Shown here one piece after another: positions 1 to 14,100 of a stretch of 64,000 nt of DNA. Positions within the stretch are counted from its first letter, which is position 1. Each line of letters begins with the position of its first letter. The notes under the pieces were generated by a model, which was not told the DNA's origin, did no database searches, and was given only the letters and a program-made list of their open reading frames with translations. The translations under genes were made by a program, and so were the position numbers. The DNA comes from Auanema rhodensis (Eukaryota > Animalia > Nematoda), in NCBI GenBank assembly GCA_964057225.1, contig OZ059897.1, positions 16,182,001 through 16,246,000 on the forward strand, read 5' to 3'.

Positions 1-16
1 TCATTTTTATTTTTAG

Positions 17-1591
17 CTCATTCATTTGTTTTATTATGATTATGATACTTGGCTCCGTTGCAGACCGATATTATTTACAATGTGATTATTTAATTGAAGA
101 GAAGGTAAGACAAATATTTCATTAATTTATATTTATATTTATTTTAATTATATAATTATAGGTTTCACTCACAAAAATGTTTTTCTTACTTGGTTTGTAT
201 CTTTGTTCGTTATCATCAACGATAGGAAGTTTACTTGGAACGCCAAGAGTTCTCCAAGGCATTGCTTCAGAAGGAATAATTCCCGCACTAAATCACTTGG
301 CACAAGGTGTAAGTTTTCTTTAGTTTATTTCTTTGTTTATTTTGATAAACAAATATTGTTTATTGACAAATTTTAAAAAATTAAATTATAGTCTGGAACA
401 AATGGCAATCCTATTATTGCATCAATGGTATTAATGGCTGTGGCATCGCTCTTCGTACTTCTGGCTGATTTGAATAAAGTAAGATTTCATCTTTTCTCTT
501 ATTTGATTGAAATGAATAAACTCATTTTTACTAATCTATGATGTAGACTGGTTGCATACACATATAAACATAATTTAATAATTTAATTTTTATTTATTTT
601 AGTTGGCTATTCTTTCTACTATGCCATTCTTGTTAACTTATGCCTATGTTAACTATTCATATGTTTCATTGGCAATGTCATATGATCTACTTCATTATGA
701 ACAATTGTAAGTATCATTTCCACTTGAAATCATCTTATTTCAACTCTGCAGAATGGCGCAAGGTGCTGAATCAGCAAGGTATGGATCTACAGCCGGAGAA
801 GCCAACTCAGATCTGAATAAGCTTTTCCCCGAGCGCACTCAAACAACTCTTACGAATGATGGTGGGTTTAAGCCTATATGTACATTTAAATTTGCTTTCT
901 TTCTTAGATCAAAATATAATAACCCAGCCAACAAGTTGGTATTCCATGTTCAGCAACCGTTACATTTCATCTCTTGGAGTAAGGAAATAATATATTTATA
1001 CTAATTACTATATAAGTGTTAATACAGTTTATTGCAAATATAATACTAATCATCATGATTGATAAAACAATGGCTGCTGTTCATTTTGGATTACTATTAT
1101 TCTTGTATATATACATTGGACATGTTTCACCACATTCATCTCCAGGTTACTTTTTTCTTCCTTATTTTTCATAACCATTATAATAATTCATTTTGTTTAA
1201 GGAGTTTCCATCTTTACTTTGCCCAAAATGCTTCGAACAGTATTTCTGAATGTAGAACCAAATTCCTACACAGATATCGTGAGCAGAGTATGTTTACATT
1301 ATTTGATACTGTTATATATTAGAATGAAAATATTTAAAGGTTTTGATAAAAATCAGAAGTTTTTTTCGGTTTTTTTCAAATGATTAGAATTTGATAAATC
1401 ATACTCTTTCTAGTCTTTTGAAAACGTGGGAAGGAAAAGGTTATACATACTGCATGTATAAGTATTTTCTTATTTTAGATATTATTTGATTGTTAGTCAT
1501 GCTGAATGTATTTATTTGTATGTAGACTGTTTAGAAAAGAGAAAAACTGAGTATGATTTACCAGGAGACAGAAATTATATAACATATGAGG

Positions 1592-1646
<55 letters not shown>

Positions 1647-1808
1647 AAAAAGAGAGAGAAAGATGAGAAGAAAGAGAACAAAATATGAATAACCAGAAGA
1701 AGCATTCTTGAAGTTGAATGTGGTCATCAGCATCATATGTGTATATGAAAGATCAAAGCATGAATCATGTTTCACTTTAAGCTCACAACAAGTTTGATAA
1801 TTCAAAAG

Positions 1809-1844
<36 letters not shown>

Positions 1845-2122
1845 AAATATTTATTTTGTCCGCTCAGCTATTTTAAAATGACTGTAAAGTGTAGATATGT
1901 TATGGATATAAAGAATTTTATCGCTATATTTTAAACAACAATCCTGATCATGATGACCTTAGCAGAAAATGAAAAACAAAATCATATCAACTTGAAAATA
2001 TTTCATTTCAGATGGCACCTGATTTGGATTTATCAACATCAGCTGTTAATCAGCCAAATAATGACTATTATGATCGGAAGCCTTATCATGCAATAGAAGA
2101 AGTTCCTGGTCGCATGGAATAA
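17..2122 (+). CDS. 3' part (multi-exon, 5'-truncated by the window) of an SLC12A8/CCC9-like cation-chloride cotransporter (APC superfamily)
   Basis: Spliced exons read ...EEK|VSLTKNVFLLGLYLCSLSSTIGSLLGTPRVLQGIASEGIIPALNHLAQG|SGTNGNPIIASMVLMAVASLFVLLADLNK|LAILSTMPFLLTYAYVNYSYVSLAMSYDL. The G(T/A)PRVLQ and FLLTY..VNYSY motifs are typical of SLC12, especially SLC12A8. The last exon ends ...EEVPGRME* at 2120-2122. Confidence 0.8.
1595..1640. repeat. (AG)n microsatellite, ~23 units, in the last intron of the SLC12 gene
   Basis: Directly visible uninterrupted agagag run. Confidence 0.95.
1814..1840. repeat. (AT)n microsatellite
   Basis: Directly visible atatat run. Confidence 0.9.
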
Positions 2123-5100
2123 TTCTTGTGAATATCTCATTATTAACAACGCAACATTGTTTTTACTTTTTCTTACTGAAAACTGTGCCAATTTTCACTC
2201 AAGTATATAACATCTTACCATCAATCAAATTATGCAACATAATTAGTTAAATGTAGGTTGTAAATCTCTTAAATCTCGGATTATCTAGTCGATAGAAGCT
2301 ACAACCGTAGATTCTAGAATATATAGCCGGTTATTGTATGTTTCGCTTTCGAATTATCCCTGGAACTAAGTTTAAAATTCCTTTTTCCTCATCTTTTTAG
2401 TGAAAAAAGCCAATTTAGTCTATGTCATATACATATGGTAGTCTTCTATTCTGTTTTATACTAGAATTTTAGAACTTTAGAATTCATACTAGAATCATCA
2501 TTTCTGTGTCTATTTCCGGGTTTTCTAAACTGATGCATACATCTGAATAAAATTATTTTCTGCTATTTAATATATAATAATGAAGTTCAAACGATGAACA
2601 TGAATTATGAAGTAAATCAACAAAATTGAACTAATATACTTGTACATACATTGTATATTGGTTTTTGAATATTTTTTTTATTATTTTCTCTGACTCATTA
2701 ACATAACATTTTTTTTAAACAAAAAAAAATAATTTTTAATGGAAAAACACTCATATTTTTATTTTTATCTTTTAAATTAAAATGTTATCTAGAGTACAGT
2801 TGTAATCATTTATCAGTCAGCTGAGCTCTTATACTATCCAATTACAATATTGTTTAATATATACATTTATACATTTATATATATACATTAATAATTATAT
2901 TAATAATTTTCAATCAATGAACTTTTTTTGTCAATTTTTTTAAATTGGCAAAAATCCAATATGTCATATGTTTTGGTTTAAGATTCCCTATAAAACACCT
3001 CCTCACCTCCCCACGTGAGCATTGTGTCTGCGCAAGGTGAGAGGTGGCAAGGTGAGGTACAAGGTTTGCGATGAGGTGGACGGTCCGTTATGCATACATC
3101 TCCTCTTCTATGGAGGGGGTTGCTACATGAATCACCAAGCCCATATGTCGAACATCAGCTCTTATAAGGTCCTTGCTGTTATACTTGGTTTTTCCTTCAT
3201 GTCATCTACATTCATCAGTCAGAACGTTGTTATCTTTAGCAATTTCATATATATAATCAGTTTATTCTATTTGTTATATGTATATCTATACATATATATT
3301 GTTAAGATTACTTATAATTAATTTATTTTAACATAAATATATTTCTAATAAGAACTAAATATTTATAGAAATTCAAATCAATTTTTTAAAAACTTTTTTT
3401 ATATCCTACACCCTGTATATGATAGTTTCGAATAGAATTTAGTAGTTTTTAGCAGAACGTTTCGATAAGCGAATATCGACATTTTTTCTACCAATATCAA
3501 TTTCTATTGTCAATAACTATAACTTTTTTTTCTCTACTATCCCCCTTTTTGGCTCTCTCGTTCTTCTCTTTGTCTCTTTTGACTTATTTTCGCCTTGTTC
3601 GCTTTCTTATTCTCTCTTTAAACGTTTGCTCTCTTTGACCCTGTACAATTGTCCACAATATTATATAGTATAGATATGATATATTATCAAATCATTCGTT
3701 TTTCATCAATTTTTCTGAACTTTTGTCTTTTTTAAATGTCTTAGTTCCTTTTTTTTATCTATTCCTTCGAACACTTTTTTGCACTCTTTTGACCTTTATA
3801 ATTAGATGATTCAACGTTTAATTAGGTAAATTGGCTGAGAAAAGAAAAAAATTGTTTTTTTTAGAATATTTTCAATATAAAATTAAATAAATTTCCTATA
3901 CTTTTAAACTTACTTGTTTGTATTATATAAAATTACTTGTTATGTTGTATCCTACTCTCCAACTTGGTCTAACAGCAAAAAAGAACTTACTAGTATAGTA
4001 CATTAGTTAATATAGTTATATATTAGTTTAAATTAAATTAATTATTTTCAACAGTGTATGATTATATTTGACTAAAGTAAGTAAAAACCTATTTGTTTAA
4101 CTAATGAATTTTACTGAAAAATCTTGTTTGTTTTTCTTAACTATCATTCATTATCTTGAGTCAATTTATTTTTGAAATTTTTATATCTTTTTCAATATAC
4201 ATCAATATAGATTATTTTTTTTTGTAATCTAATTCTTATTTTCTTTTTATATTATTTCCTGTATATTCATAAAATTTAGTTTAGTTACTAAAATAAATGA
4301 TAGTTAGTGGGTTTGTTGGTGATGTTAAACTATTGTATCTGATTGTTGTCAATAGCTTTTGAGCATTCTCAGTAGCAATTGCCTTTCCCTCTTGCTCTCT
4401 TCTTATTTCTTTCTATTTTCTTCTCTTTCATTTCTCTCACTGCTTAACCTCTTCTTTACTTTCCCTTCGTTTTCCGTTATTTTTTTACTGAGAAACTTAT
4501 AACCAAGAAGAGCGATTTCCTTCTGTTTGTTTTTTTTTCTGTCAAACTACCCCTGGAAGTAACGAGAAAACTTTTTTCCTATTTCTATCGTTTTTTATCT
4601 CATTGTCATTCGGCGACTTCTGATTCTTTTCGAACTGTCGACTATTAAATCAGTTGACTTGATCAGACATTTTTTTTGACATTCCTGCCAACCCATCTTG
4701 CAGTTTACCTCTACACATTAACACCATTTCATTCACGTTCGAAGCACCAACACTGGGTGCAGAAACTTGTCCTATCCACTTATAAAATAAATTCTTTCTT
4801 ATTATCTTAAAAGCTGAATTAATTCACTTGTACACTTTGGTTTTGGTAAAAAAAAATGAAACTTACTAAGAATCTTCGACTTATTTTAGTTCAGATTTGC
4901 CTTAATCTTCTGAATCGTTTAGTAGTCTCACACGTATTCACCTACTTTTGGGTCATATTCACACAGTTTCTCACAGTTTATTTTTCTATAAACTTGTAAC
5001 TTTAAAATGTTTGAAAGCACACTTCATGTTAATTATATAATTACTAAGTGAAATTCCATTTTTTCTGAAACAGAATGTTCATTTTCGCATAATGTTCATT

Positions 5101-8100
5101 TGCGCTCCATAATTGGAGCCTAGACCGAAAATGAGAAACAGTCATATTTAGCCTTTCGTCTATCGTTTTCGACTTTTTTTTAAATAAATAGAAAATTTGA
5201 ATCTTAATCAGACTCAATGTCTGATTTGACGGAGTAACACTGATGAGTCAGATGATGTATACTTATTCTGTTTTCCTTCTCATAACCTCATTTTTCTTTG
5301 CAGAATGTCCCATTTTTTTTATTTTAAAACTTTGTAAGATGTTTATTTCCCGTGATTGGAATACGTGAAAAAGGGTGATAACGATCAAATGCTTTCACGT
5401 GAAGTTTCTTAAGCCAAACCAAAGAACTGTTTGTCATTTCGAGAGCGTTTGGAACAATTCGGTTGCTTTAACTATACATGTGTATATATTTACATTTCTT
5501 TACTTTTGTCTTTGGGCCGTTAGATAACCACACATCAGAAAAACTCTTTTTTTTTTCGAAAATATTCGAATGTTAGAGAAAGAATTTTAATTTTAGAAGT
5601 AAGCATAAATATTTTTTCATCTTAATATTCTTACCTTCAATGTTAAGTAAAGTTTCAACATGTTTCATTATGTTAGTCAGTCAGGTTGTTGTTCTCTTTG
5701 TTTTAAGGTTTTGCAATTTTTCCATCTTACTGACGCTTGCTGCGTAAAAGTAAGTTTGACATAAGGTTTTTATATGATAGAACATCGTTTCGATATTATT
5801 TTCTCCTTTCATCTTAATCTTGGCAACGTTTTCCAATTGTATGATTGTAACTCACATTCCGTCTTGTAGCTTGTTTTCTTTGTGATTTTTCTGTAATCTG
5901 TTTTTTCAACAAATTGGAAAAGCTTGATATTCTATACTCATGTCACGTACTTACATCATTCACTCACTTTCGTTTTCTTTCTTTTTCTCATCCTCTTATT
6001 ATATTCTGAATTGTATTCAGCTTTTTTTAGTTTAAAAACAATACCACAGACAGTTTTATTTCTTCTTCATTCTTTTCTGTTTGAATGGTTTACAGAAGAA
6101 AATCTAACACAATAACAAGTCATTTGACATCCTGTTTGATTGTTAATTTTCACAAGAAAAAAATATGATTCAATACTCATTCATAAGGTTTTTTTTCATT
6201 TTTTTCCCAAAAGAAAATAAAAAGAATGAGTACAAATTGAAGTACCAGTTATATTTATAAAGATTAGAAACCAATAACTAACTCAAACAAACGATGTTCT
6301 GATTATCACCCTTGTTTCTCGCCCTTTCATCGTTCTCATTATTCATAGCACTCCTTAGATTTTTCAGTTTCAACTTACGCTCAAACCTATTCACACCCTG
6401 TACTTCAAATTTAACAGTTTTTTTGTCTTTTCTCGACTTAACTATCTAGCATACATAAAATACAGCGGGAGTGAGAATGAGCGAAAAACGAAACAGATAG
6501 AAGTGGTGAGAAGACCTTGAATCCTCTGACAATTCGTCCTTTTTTACTCTTTTATGTTCATCCGATCTTATGTCATATATCATTTGTATCCTTATTTTGA
6601 CAGATGAATACATAGAAGGTTTCTTACCACGTACTTAACATCTGAGACACAGCCGAACCCATGTACATGAGCGTTGTTTTCCTCATTCAAGCAGAACGAT
6701 AATGATGTTGTTTCCTTCTGTAACATAATGTTGCCTGTATCATTACTGTCAACTTTAAAAGTAACAAAAGCTTCATTGAAAATGAATTAATAGAACGAGT
6801 TCACGTTTCATTTCCACTTGCATATATTTGATTTTCTTTCAATTTGTTTAAACCTTTCTCACTTTTCATAAGCTTACTCTGCTGACGAATTGCTATCGTA
6901 CTTCGCGATCCAGCCAAAGGCTAACTAACCAGATCTGCTATTTGAACTATTTACGATCGGCTTTTCCAAAGGATAAAAGCGCGAACAGCAAGAAATTTTT
7001 CCAATCTCAAATATTATATGATATAATCGTTAAATAACTTTGTTTAAAATAAAATATAACAAAACATTGAGTTAAAACCAGATTCTTTTACAGCACTTTG
7101 TTTAACTTTTCATTTTTTAGATCATTTTCAAATAAAGAAAGTTTATGCTCAAAAGATCAAAAATAAATAGAAACTCTTACAATTGAATAAAGTGTTTATG
7201 ATCTAATCTGGTTCATACCCTTGAAAACTTTCCTCATACTCGTCATTGATATGTCCCATATGTTTCCAGCCCCTTCATTCATACTTCTCATTATCTCTCA
7301 ACTTCTCATCCTTTTTTTGAATTTTGATAACATTCGAATCACCCGTTTTGCCCAATTTTTTCACAGTAATATCACTTCATCTATTAATTTTTTCTGATTT
7401 TCTATAAAGATGACTAGAACATCGTCGACATCTGCTGAACGATTGACGTACATGTCTCATCATTTCCTTCTTCAGTCTCCTGGCCACATAGTCGTTGACG
7501 TCGTTTTTCTAGGCCACTAGCCTCGAGGCTGACAATCTTATAGCCACCAACAATGAGATATTCCTAAAAAGGCTATTATAATCTATAGAATGACTATTTT
7601 TTCATTTTCGCACTTCTTCTTTGCCTTCATGAGGACAAACTATAGAAAATGGAATGGTCCCGTTATACAAAATAGCTATAAATAGGCATTTATTAGGCTA
7701 TAGCAGAGAATGTATGAAAAGTATTCAGATTGTTGAGAATATAGCGTTCGTCTAGTTATACTTCTTCTGATAGCAAATATTGAAATGAAAGAAGGAAAAA
7801 ATCAAATGTATAAGCTTGTATTCATGTTAATCCTGATTTTACTAGCTTTTATAAGAAAATATACATGCATATACAATTAAATAATCTTATAAGTCCAAAT
7901 ATAATATGAATTATTGTATGTTTATATGACTTGAAAACATCTATTATATAGGGTTGAGACCTCTTTTCATACCATATGATCCGGACCGGATGAACACAGA
8001 TAGGCCTCGGAGAATTAGATTCTTTAGGTATTATGCCGATACTGTGTATGGTTTAACGGTAGAATGGCCATGTGACTTCAGTGGCGAAACATTAGCGTAA

Positions 8101-11100
8101 ACTGAGCCTAAATTGACTACGATTACTTAAACACAGTCAACGTAATAGGTGTACGAGTTTTTTTCATAACTCCAGAAGCTAGACATCAACTACGTTTTCA
8201 TTTTTTTATACAAAAAAAACGCAAGTAACATCTTTTCAAATGACTTTATTCAACCGGATTAGTCTTCACAGGGATATTTAGAGATATGGTTAAATTGATT
8301 CACTATTTTGCTAGTGTAATGACCAAATAACGACACATAACGATCTAATCACTCTAGGGTCCGCATCATGAGGACATTTTCATCAAAGACTTTACTTTGA
8401 TGTCGTCAGCCTCGTTATCATTTCAGTTAGAAGGCTATTTCAAATTGAAAAACTGCTTTTGTTTGAGAGTAAAAGTAGAATAGAATACCCTATGTCATTA
8501 TATGTTCTCAGAGGAGGTCTTCTGCTTATCCTGATTTTTTAATACACCAGCCACTTTGACTGTTTGACAGCCCCCCTCCCACCTCTTCGCATGATGTTAC
8601 CCTTCTCCACCCTTTCTATCTTACCATTCCAATCTTCCATGATGTTTGTCTGCTTCTCTTTAGGTTCTCCTATCTGCCCATTATTCTTTTTCTTTTCATC
8701 TCTCTCTTTCTTTCTGTCTTTTTCTCTCTTACACCTTTCTCTAAAATTGTGATGCTGAACGAGGTAATAGACCTTGAAGATTCAGCTGGCCATCAATCAA
8801 TCTGACCACATCCTTTCCTTCGGAGCAACAACCTTGTATAATTTTTTTCAAAACTTTTTTGGTTTCATTATGAAATATAATAGTTCAGTTCAGTTCATTT
8901 CTTGTTTTTTGTCACTTTACGCATTTCGAGGTATTTCTGTAAGATAATGATAGCCTTGTTACTTTTATCAGACACTTAATCTTGCTCATCACTTCAATAT
9001 CTCGGTAGCTTGAATCATATATATATATATGGATTTAAGAGAACAACCTAACAATAAAAATTAATGTTAATGATGAAGATTTATGTAGGTGAAGATTAAG
9101 AAATGAACACTTATCAATCTTCCACATCTTCTTAAAATTTTTATCAAAATTTTCATTATCATATCCATCTGTCATCGTTATAGACGTCAAGCCTATTGGC
9201 TCATTCATCTTGAACAAATTTCGCAAAAAGTTTTCTGAACGATATCAAGAAATTAGTTGCTTAAATCAGTAGAATGTCTAAATCTTTTTCATTATTATTA
9301 GAATAATATGGCATATGTATAGTGAAACTTTTTATTTGTTTTCTTAATTATTCATTTATTGAAGTTTAATTTAATATTTGACTATAAGCTACTTGTTTGG
9401 ACTAATTAATTACTTTTCCTTTCTTTTAACTAGATATGTAAAAGATTTTTTTGAAAAAAAAAATTCAGATAGCATTTATAGTAATAGATTTCTCACGTTC
9501 TCAATTTCCGAAATTATTCAATAAAACTTTTAGATGTAAACTAGCTTTAGTGTTTGCTTTAATATATAAAATACAAATATTATGTATATTTAATAAATAT
9601 TCTCCTGGAATGTTACATTATCATCTACCACTATGCTATGTGATCTATTTTGAAATTAATATGGAATAATTCTATGAAAAAATGAAAAAAGTTGGAACTT
9701 CAACGTTAAAATAAAATGTCATCTAGTTATCGTTTCATAATATAATATCCATTCTTATATCTTAACTCTATTTCTTTCCTGTTGTACCTCTTGATATCTT
9801 TTCTCCTTTCCTTTTATTCTCTAACTTTCAGCAAAAAAAACTTGTCTATCATTTCAATCTTCAATATGCTTTTCATTATATTCGATGGATGACTAACTAT
9901 ATATTTTAAAATATCGTTATTGTAATATCCATAATGCTCGTTTCTGTCAAATAGTACTATTTATTTATTTTTAAAATTATTGTTCATCTATGTACATAGT
10001 AATCAAGGGCACGCGTACTTCTTTCGTCTTTGTCCGTTTTCTTTGCAATCGTTCATTATGAGCTGTATCACGCTCTCATACTCCATCTCTATGTTTTCAC
10101 TCTGCAAGACTTTTCAATCTTTGACTCGTTTACTTTACTTGTTATCTGCCGTTCGTCATACACCTTCCAAAATCCTTTTCTGTTCTCCTATATTTGCTTT
10201 ATCTTATTCATAATGTCTTCTAAAGATTTCAAGATTGCATGCTATTCCTACGTTCTCTCTCACCTGCTTCACTCCCTCTTACATACTTCCTCCAGTTCTC
10301 GTTAATTTCCCTTCCTATCCACTTATAGCATCACCACATATTCTATATTGGATCTTACATTTTATTCTTTACCATATGTTCACGATATAGTAGATATATT
10401 CATGAACCCCAAAAAAGAAGCATTTGGCTTTTCCTCTCAATCACTTCATTCCCTTTCACTCTTTATACAATAAGTAGTGTCCTTTCTCCTACACACATAT
10501 ATTGTCAATTGGTCATACTATACAAGTAACAAGTCAATGGTTTCAACTTATAAGAATGTGGTCTATCCTCTCAGATTTTGTCGCTTTCCCATATTTTACC
10601 CAAAGTATTCACTACAACACTAGAATATTACAGGTATGAAAAATAAAACTTTCTCACAACTATTTAAACATGAAATTGACTAACATTGTTTCATTCTCTA
10701 CAACGACTACCTATTTTTGCAATGTCCCTTTAATTACGTGTAACTCGACAATATTTTATTTAAATGTTTTATTTTGCGGGAAAAATAACCTTTATAATTT
10801 GTAAAGATATTCCTATGACTAATTTAAGTTTTATTTTTCATGCATACTAGATGAAGAGTTGATGGCGGAAAAGACTTGACATAAGTGAGAGAGATGAACA
10901 GGACAGGAAGATCTTATCAAGCCGTTTCTGGTAATGTGATGGAGATGAATTGTTCGGTCGCTAACACATCTCGTTGATCTTACTGTTCATATTCTCTTCG
11001 AGCCCTCTTCTCATTTTTAATCTTTTCTTATTTCTTTAATCTATCTATCTACCTTCATATATATTAATATTAAATCGTTTACTATCCATTTATTTTCGAA

Positions 11101-14100
11101 TAATTTTAGCCTACGTTAACGGTAGTGACATCTGATGTCATTGTAGTCATCACCTTTTCTATAAATTATTCAGCCTTTCGCTTTCCATCAGGCATTTTAT
11201 TTTTCTGTTTATTCTCTTATACTACATGTGTATTTTATTTATTTCATAGTTCATACACATATTCACTGGGAAATGGTGCCAAAATAGCTGATTCATACCT
11301 TTTTGCATCTGTACAAGTCCTAGTCAAAACGATATGTTTAATTATTTTTGTATTTCTTGAATAAGAAAATGAAAAATAGAAAAGCTATGTAAAATATTTT
11401 TAACTATAATTGAAATATGAATATCCTAGTGTGTATGCTTACCTCAAGATACATATGTATACAATATAAAAAACATCCGGTGCATTATGAACTAATTCTT
11501 CTTCTGTTCGAATTGTGATATAAAAATATTTTAGCCATTACTGATGGACGGTGAATCAAGTGTAGTATAAGTGTTTTCATCAAAATTCTAGTCTCTCACA
11601 CGTGATCATAACCATCATTATCATTTGAATGTTCATTCTCGTATCCACGAATTATCAACGTAATCACAATGTTATTGTCAACACTTGTGGTTCTTGCTTT
11701 CGCTGTCACTCTTGCCGCAGTACTGTTTGTTGATCTACACGAGATTTCTCCTGCTCGACGTCTTAAAAATCAGGTATACAGGCAACTCTTTCATCTGTTG
11801 TTGCCCAAGAGATGATATCGGTTCATGCTTGTCCACGTATTTATGTTGACAGTTTTCCCCAATCTTGTTATGTTTTATACGACATTCGTACTGCCACGAT
11901 TAAGCTTAGAATTTCATATTCGTTTTCGTGCACGTTAACCCTATTAAGGCTTTTCAGTATTAGTAAGTCGTTTCGCGCTACAAGGCTTGTTTCATCAGAT
12001 GTTTGCTCGTTCAGCTAGCTGAATGATACATTCAAGGTTTACGTGAGATTCATAATCACCTTTGCTTACTAAATGTCTGGTGCTTTCGTCTTAGTTTCAT
12101 CTGATACCTTCGAGAATAATTTGAAGCCTTGAATTGTTGGTAATTCAAGCTGATCTTCAACAAACGTTTGAACATCTTTGAAATTCGAAGTGTGATTCCG
12201 TTTTTACTAAACGTCAACCAAATTTCTTTTATATGAATCAAAAGCATGTACATAACATTCTCAACGAGACTTGCTATTTGTCTCTATTGTATTTTGAACT
12301 TTTTTCTTGATTTCAACTTTTTTTCTGTAATGAAAACGAAAAAGGAAAACGAAGTAAAAGGAGTTGCAGCGAATAAATCGCCTTCACTGCTCCGTTCCTT
12401 CTCGCCTTTTCTCGTATTCTTTCTCTTTCTCTCTATCCCCCTCATTTACCGAGACTCACACACACATATAGAGTCTAGCTTGAGAACAAATACGAGTCTG
12501 TTACGGCTTTTAGCCGTCTATGGCTCACTAAGCACTGTTCTGATTTTTATAATATAGCTGTATGCTCTTCAAATAAAGACTTATATTATTAGCTAGATTA
12601 TATATTATTCTTCTTGGCTTCATATTTACAATTACAAATTATGAATTTCACGTAAGTTTTGATTTTATTTTCCAATTTTCATTGTATAGTGGCAATTTCG
12701 AATGGTTTAATTATTAGATGAAACTTATGAACCTTTACTTTCTTCCTTTTTCTTTAGAAATTCTCTTTATCACTCAATTTATCTATCTGATTATTTCTAT
12801 TTCTCTGCATTTACTGCTATGCCGCGATGAACAGTTTTCTGATTGCTGCTGGTCAGGCTTGTTATCTTGTAAGCATATATATATACATCGAACTAACAGA
12901 CGTATTTTCTTGGTCTTATCAGCTGTACGAGACCTTGTGAATTGTAGGGATGATCATTAAGATTAACGTAGCTCATTCCCATCATGATTGAACTCATCGT
13001 TCTCTGTTAAGCATGACTAATCAATTAGCAAGAAAGAAAATGTTAGTCACAACAATAAATGTGGAGAATCGGAGATAATACTAGGGTGAGGATCATCGTC
13101 TTTCTCTTAGTGAATATAACCCCTGTATATCAATCCATTTACAGCTCTCTCTCTCTCCAAACTCTGTTTAGAACTCACTCTTCAGTCCCTCCCGCAAAGT
13201 GACACCAACGTATATCTCATTCAACATGTATATTTCTTTCTTTCCTCTTTTCACTCATCGTCTTATCTCATATCCTCAACTGAGCTCACCGAAGTCATGA
13301 CTGACGTCAGTGAGTGAAGATATGATACCTGATCTGTTGTATACGTCACAACTTTTTTTTAAATGTTCCTTCTCACCTTTATTTTCCATGTTTTTATATT
13401 GTATTTTTGAAGGATAACAGAAAGGTTCTCAAGTTGAACTAACTGATGTTAGACATCTGTTTGAAAAAGACCAAAAAATGGCAAAAAAAGAACAAGTGGA
13501 TCATATTTCACATGTGGTCAAAAATTGTTCTTCTGTCCTCGAACTTATAATGTATAATAATAATGTATTGTTTTCCTTCAGACTCTCTTACTTTCACATT
13601 ATCTATCTAACTTATATCTTGATCAACATGCTGACATATTTTTCAAAAAGATAGTTGTTTAGTGAATGTTTCGTCCCTTACATACAATCAATACCAAAAG
13701 TCAGAATATGAAGATGTTGAGGGATAAATCTTTCTAATAGTTCCTCCAGCTGTGGCCCCGATGGTTCATTCGCCTCATTAGATATTTGCTAATTGTTGTT
13801 GTTATGAGAGAAATTTGGTCTTGAACAAAAATCTTTCTACTTTCTCTGTAGTCATTCAAATTTAACAATATTGTGAATTGATGATGACCATCACAATCGT
13901 CGTCCCTCATTCATCTTATTATACAACACATCAGATGGTGTTGAGGTTTTTATGAAATCATTTCCATATCTAGCTTCATACATATAATGTTATATCCTGG
14001 AATGATATTAGAGAAAGAAGCCGACAATTTGACGATCAGAGGAAGCCGATGAAAAAGGCCCAGAGAATCAAATTAAAGCAGCACTTATTCGGAAACATTT

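Noticed and set aside
1486-1805. ORFs with RERERE / SLSLSL runs
   Set aside because: These are translations of the (AG)n microsatellite inside an intron.
5240-5260. CTGATGAG hammerhead ribozyme core
   Set aside because: There is no downstream stem II plus GAAA and no compatible stems I/III.
11555-11568. ATCAAGTGTAGTAT match to the U2 snRNA branch-point recognition region
   Set aside because: The flanks do not match U2 (no 5' stem I, no Sm site or 3' stems), so it is treated as a chance 14-mer.
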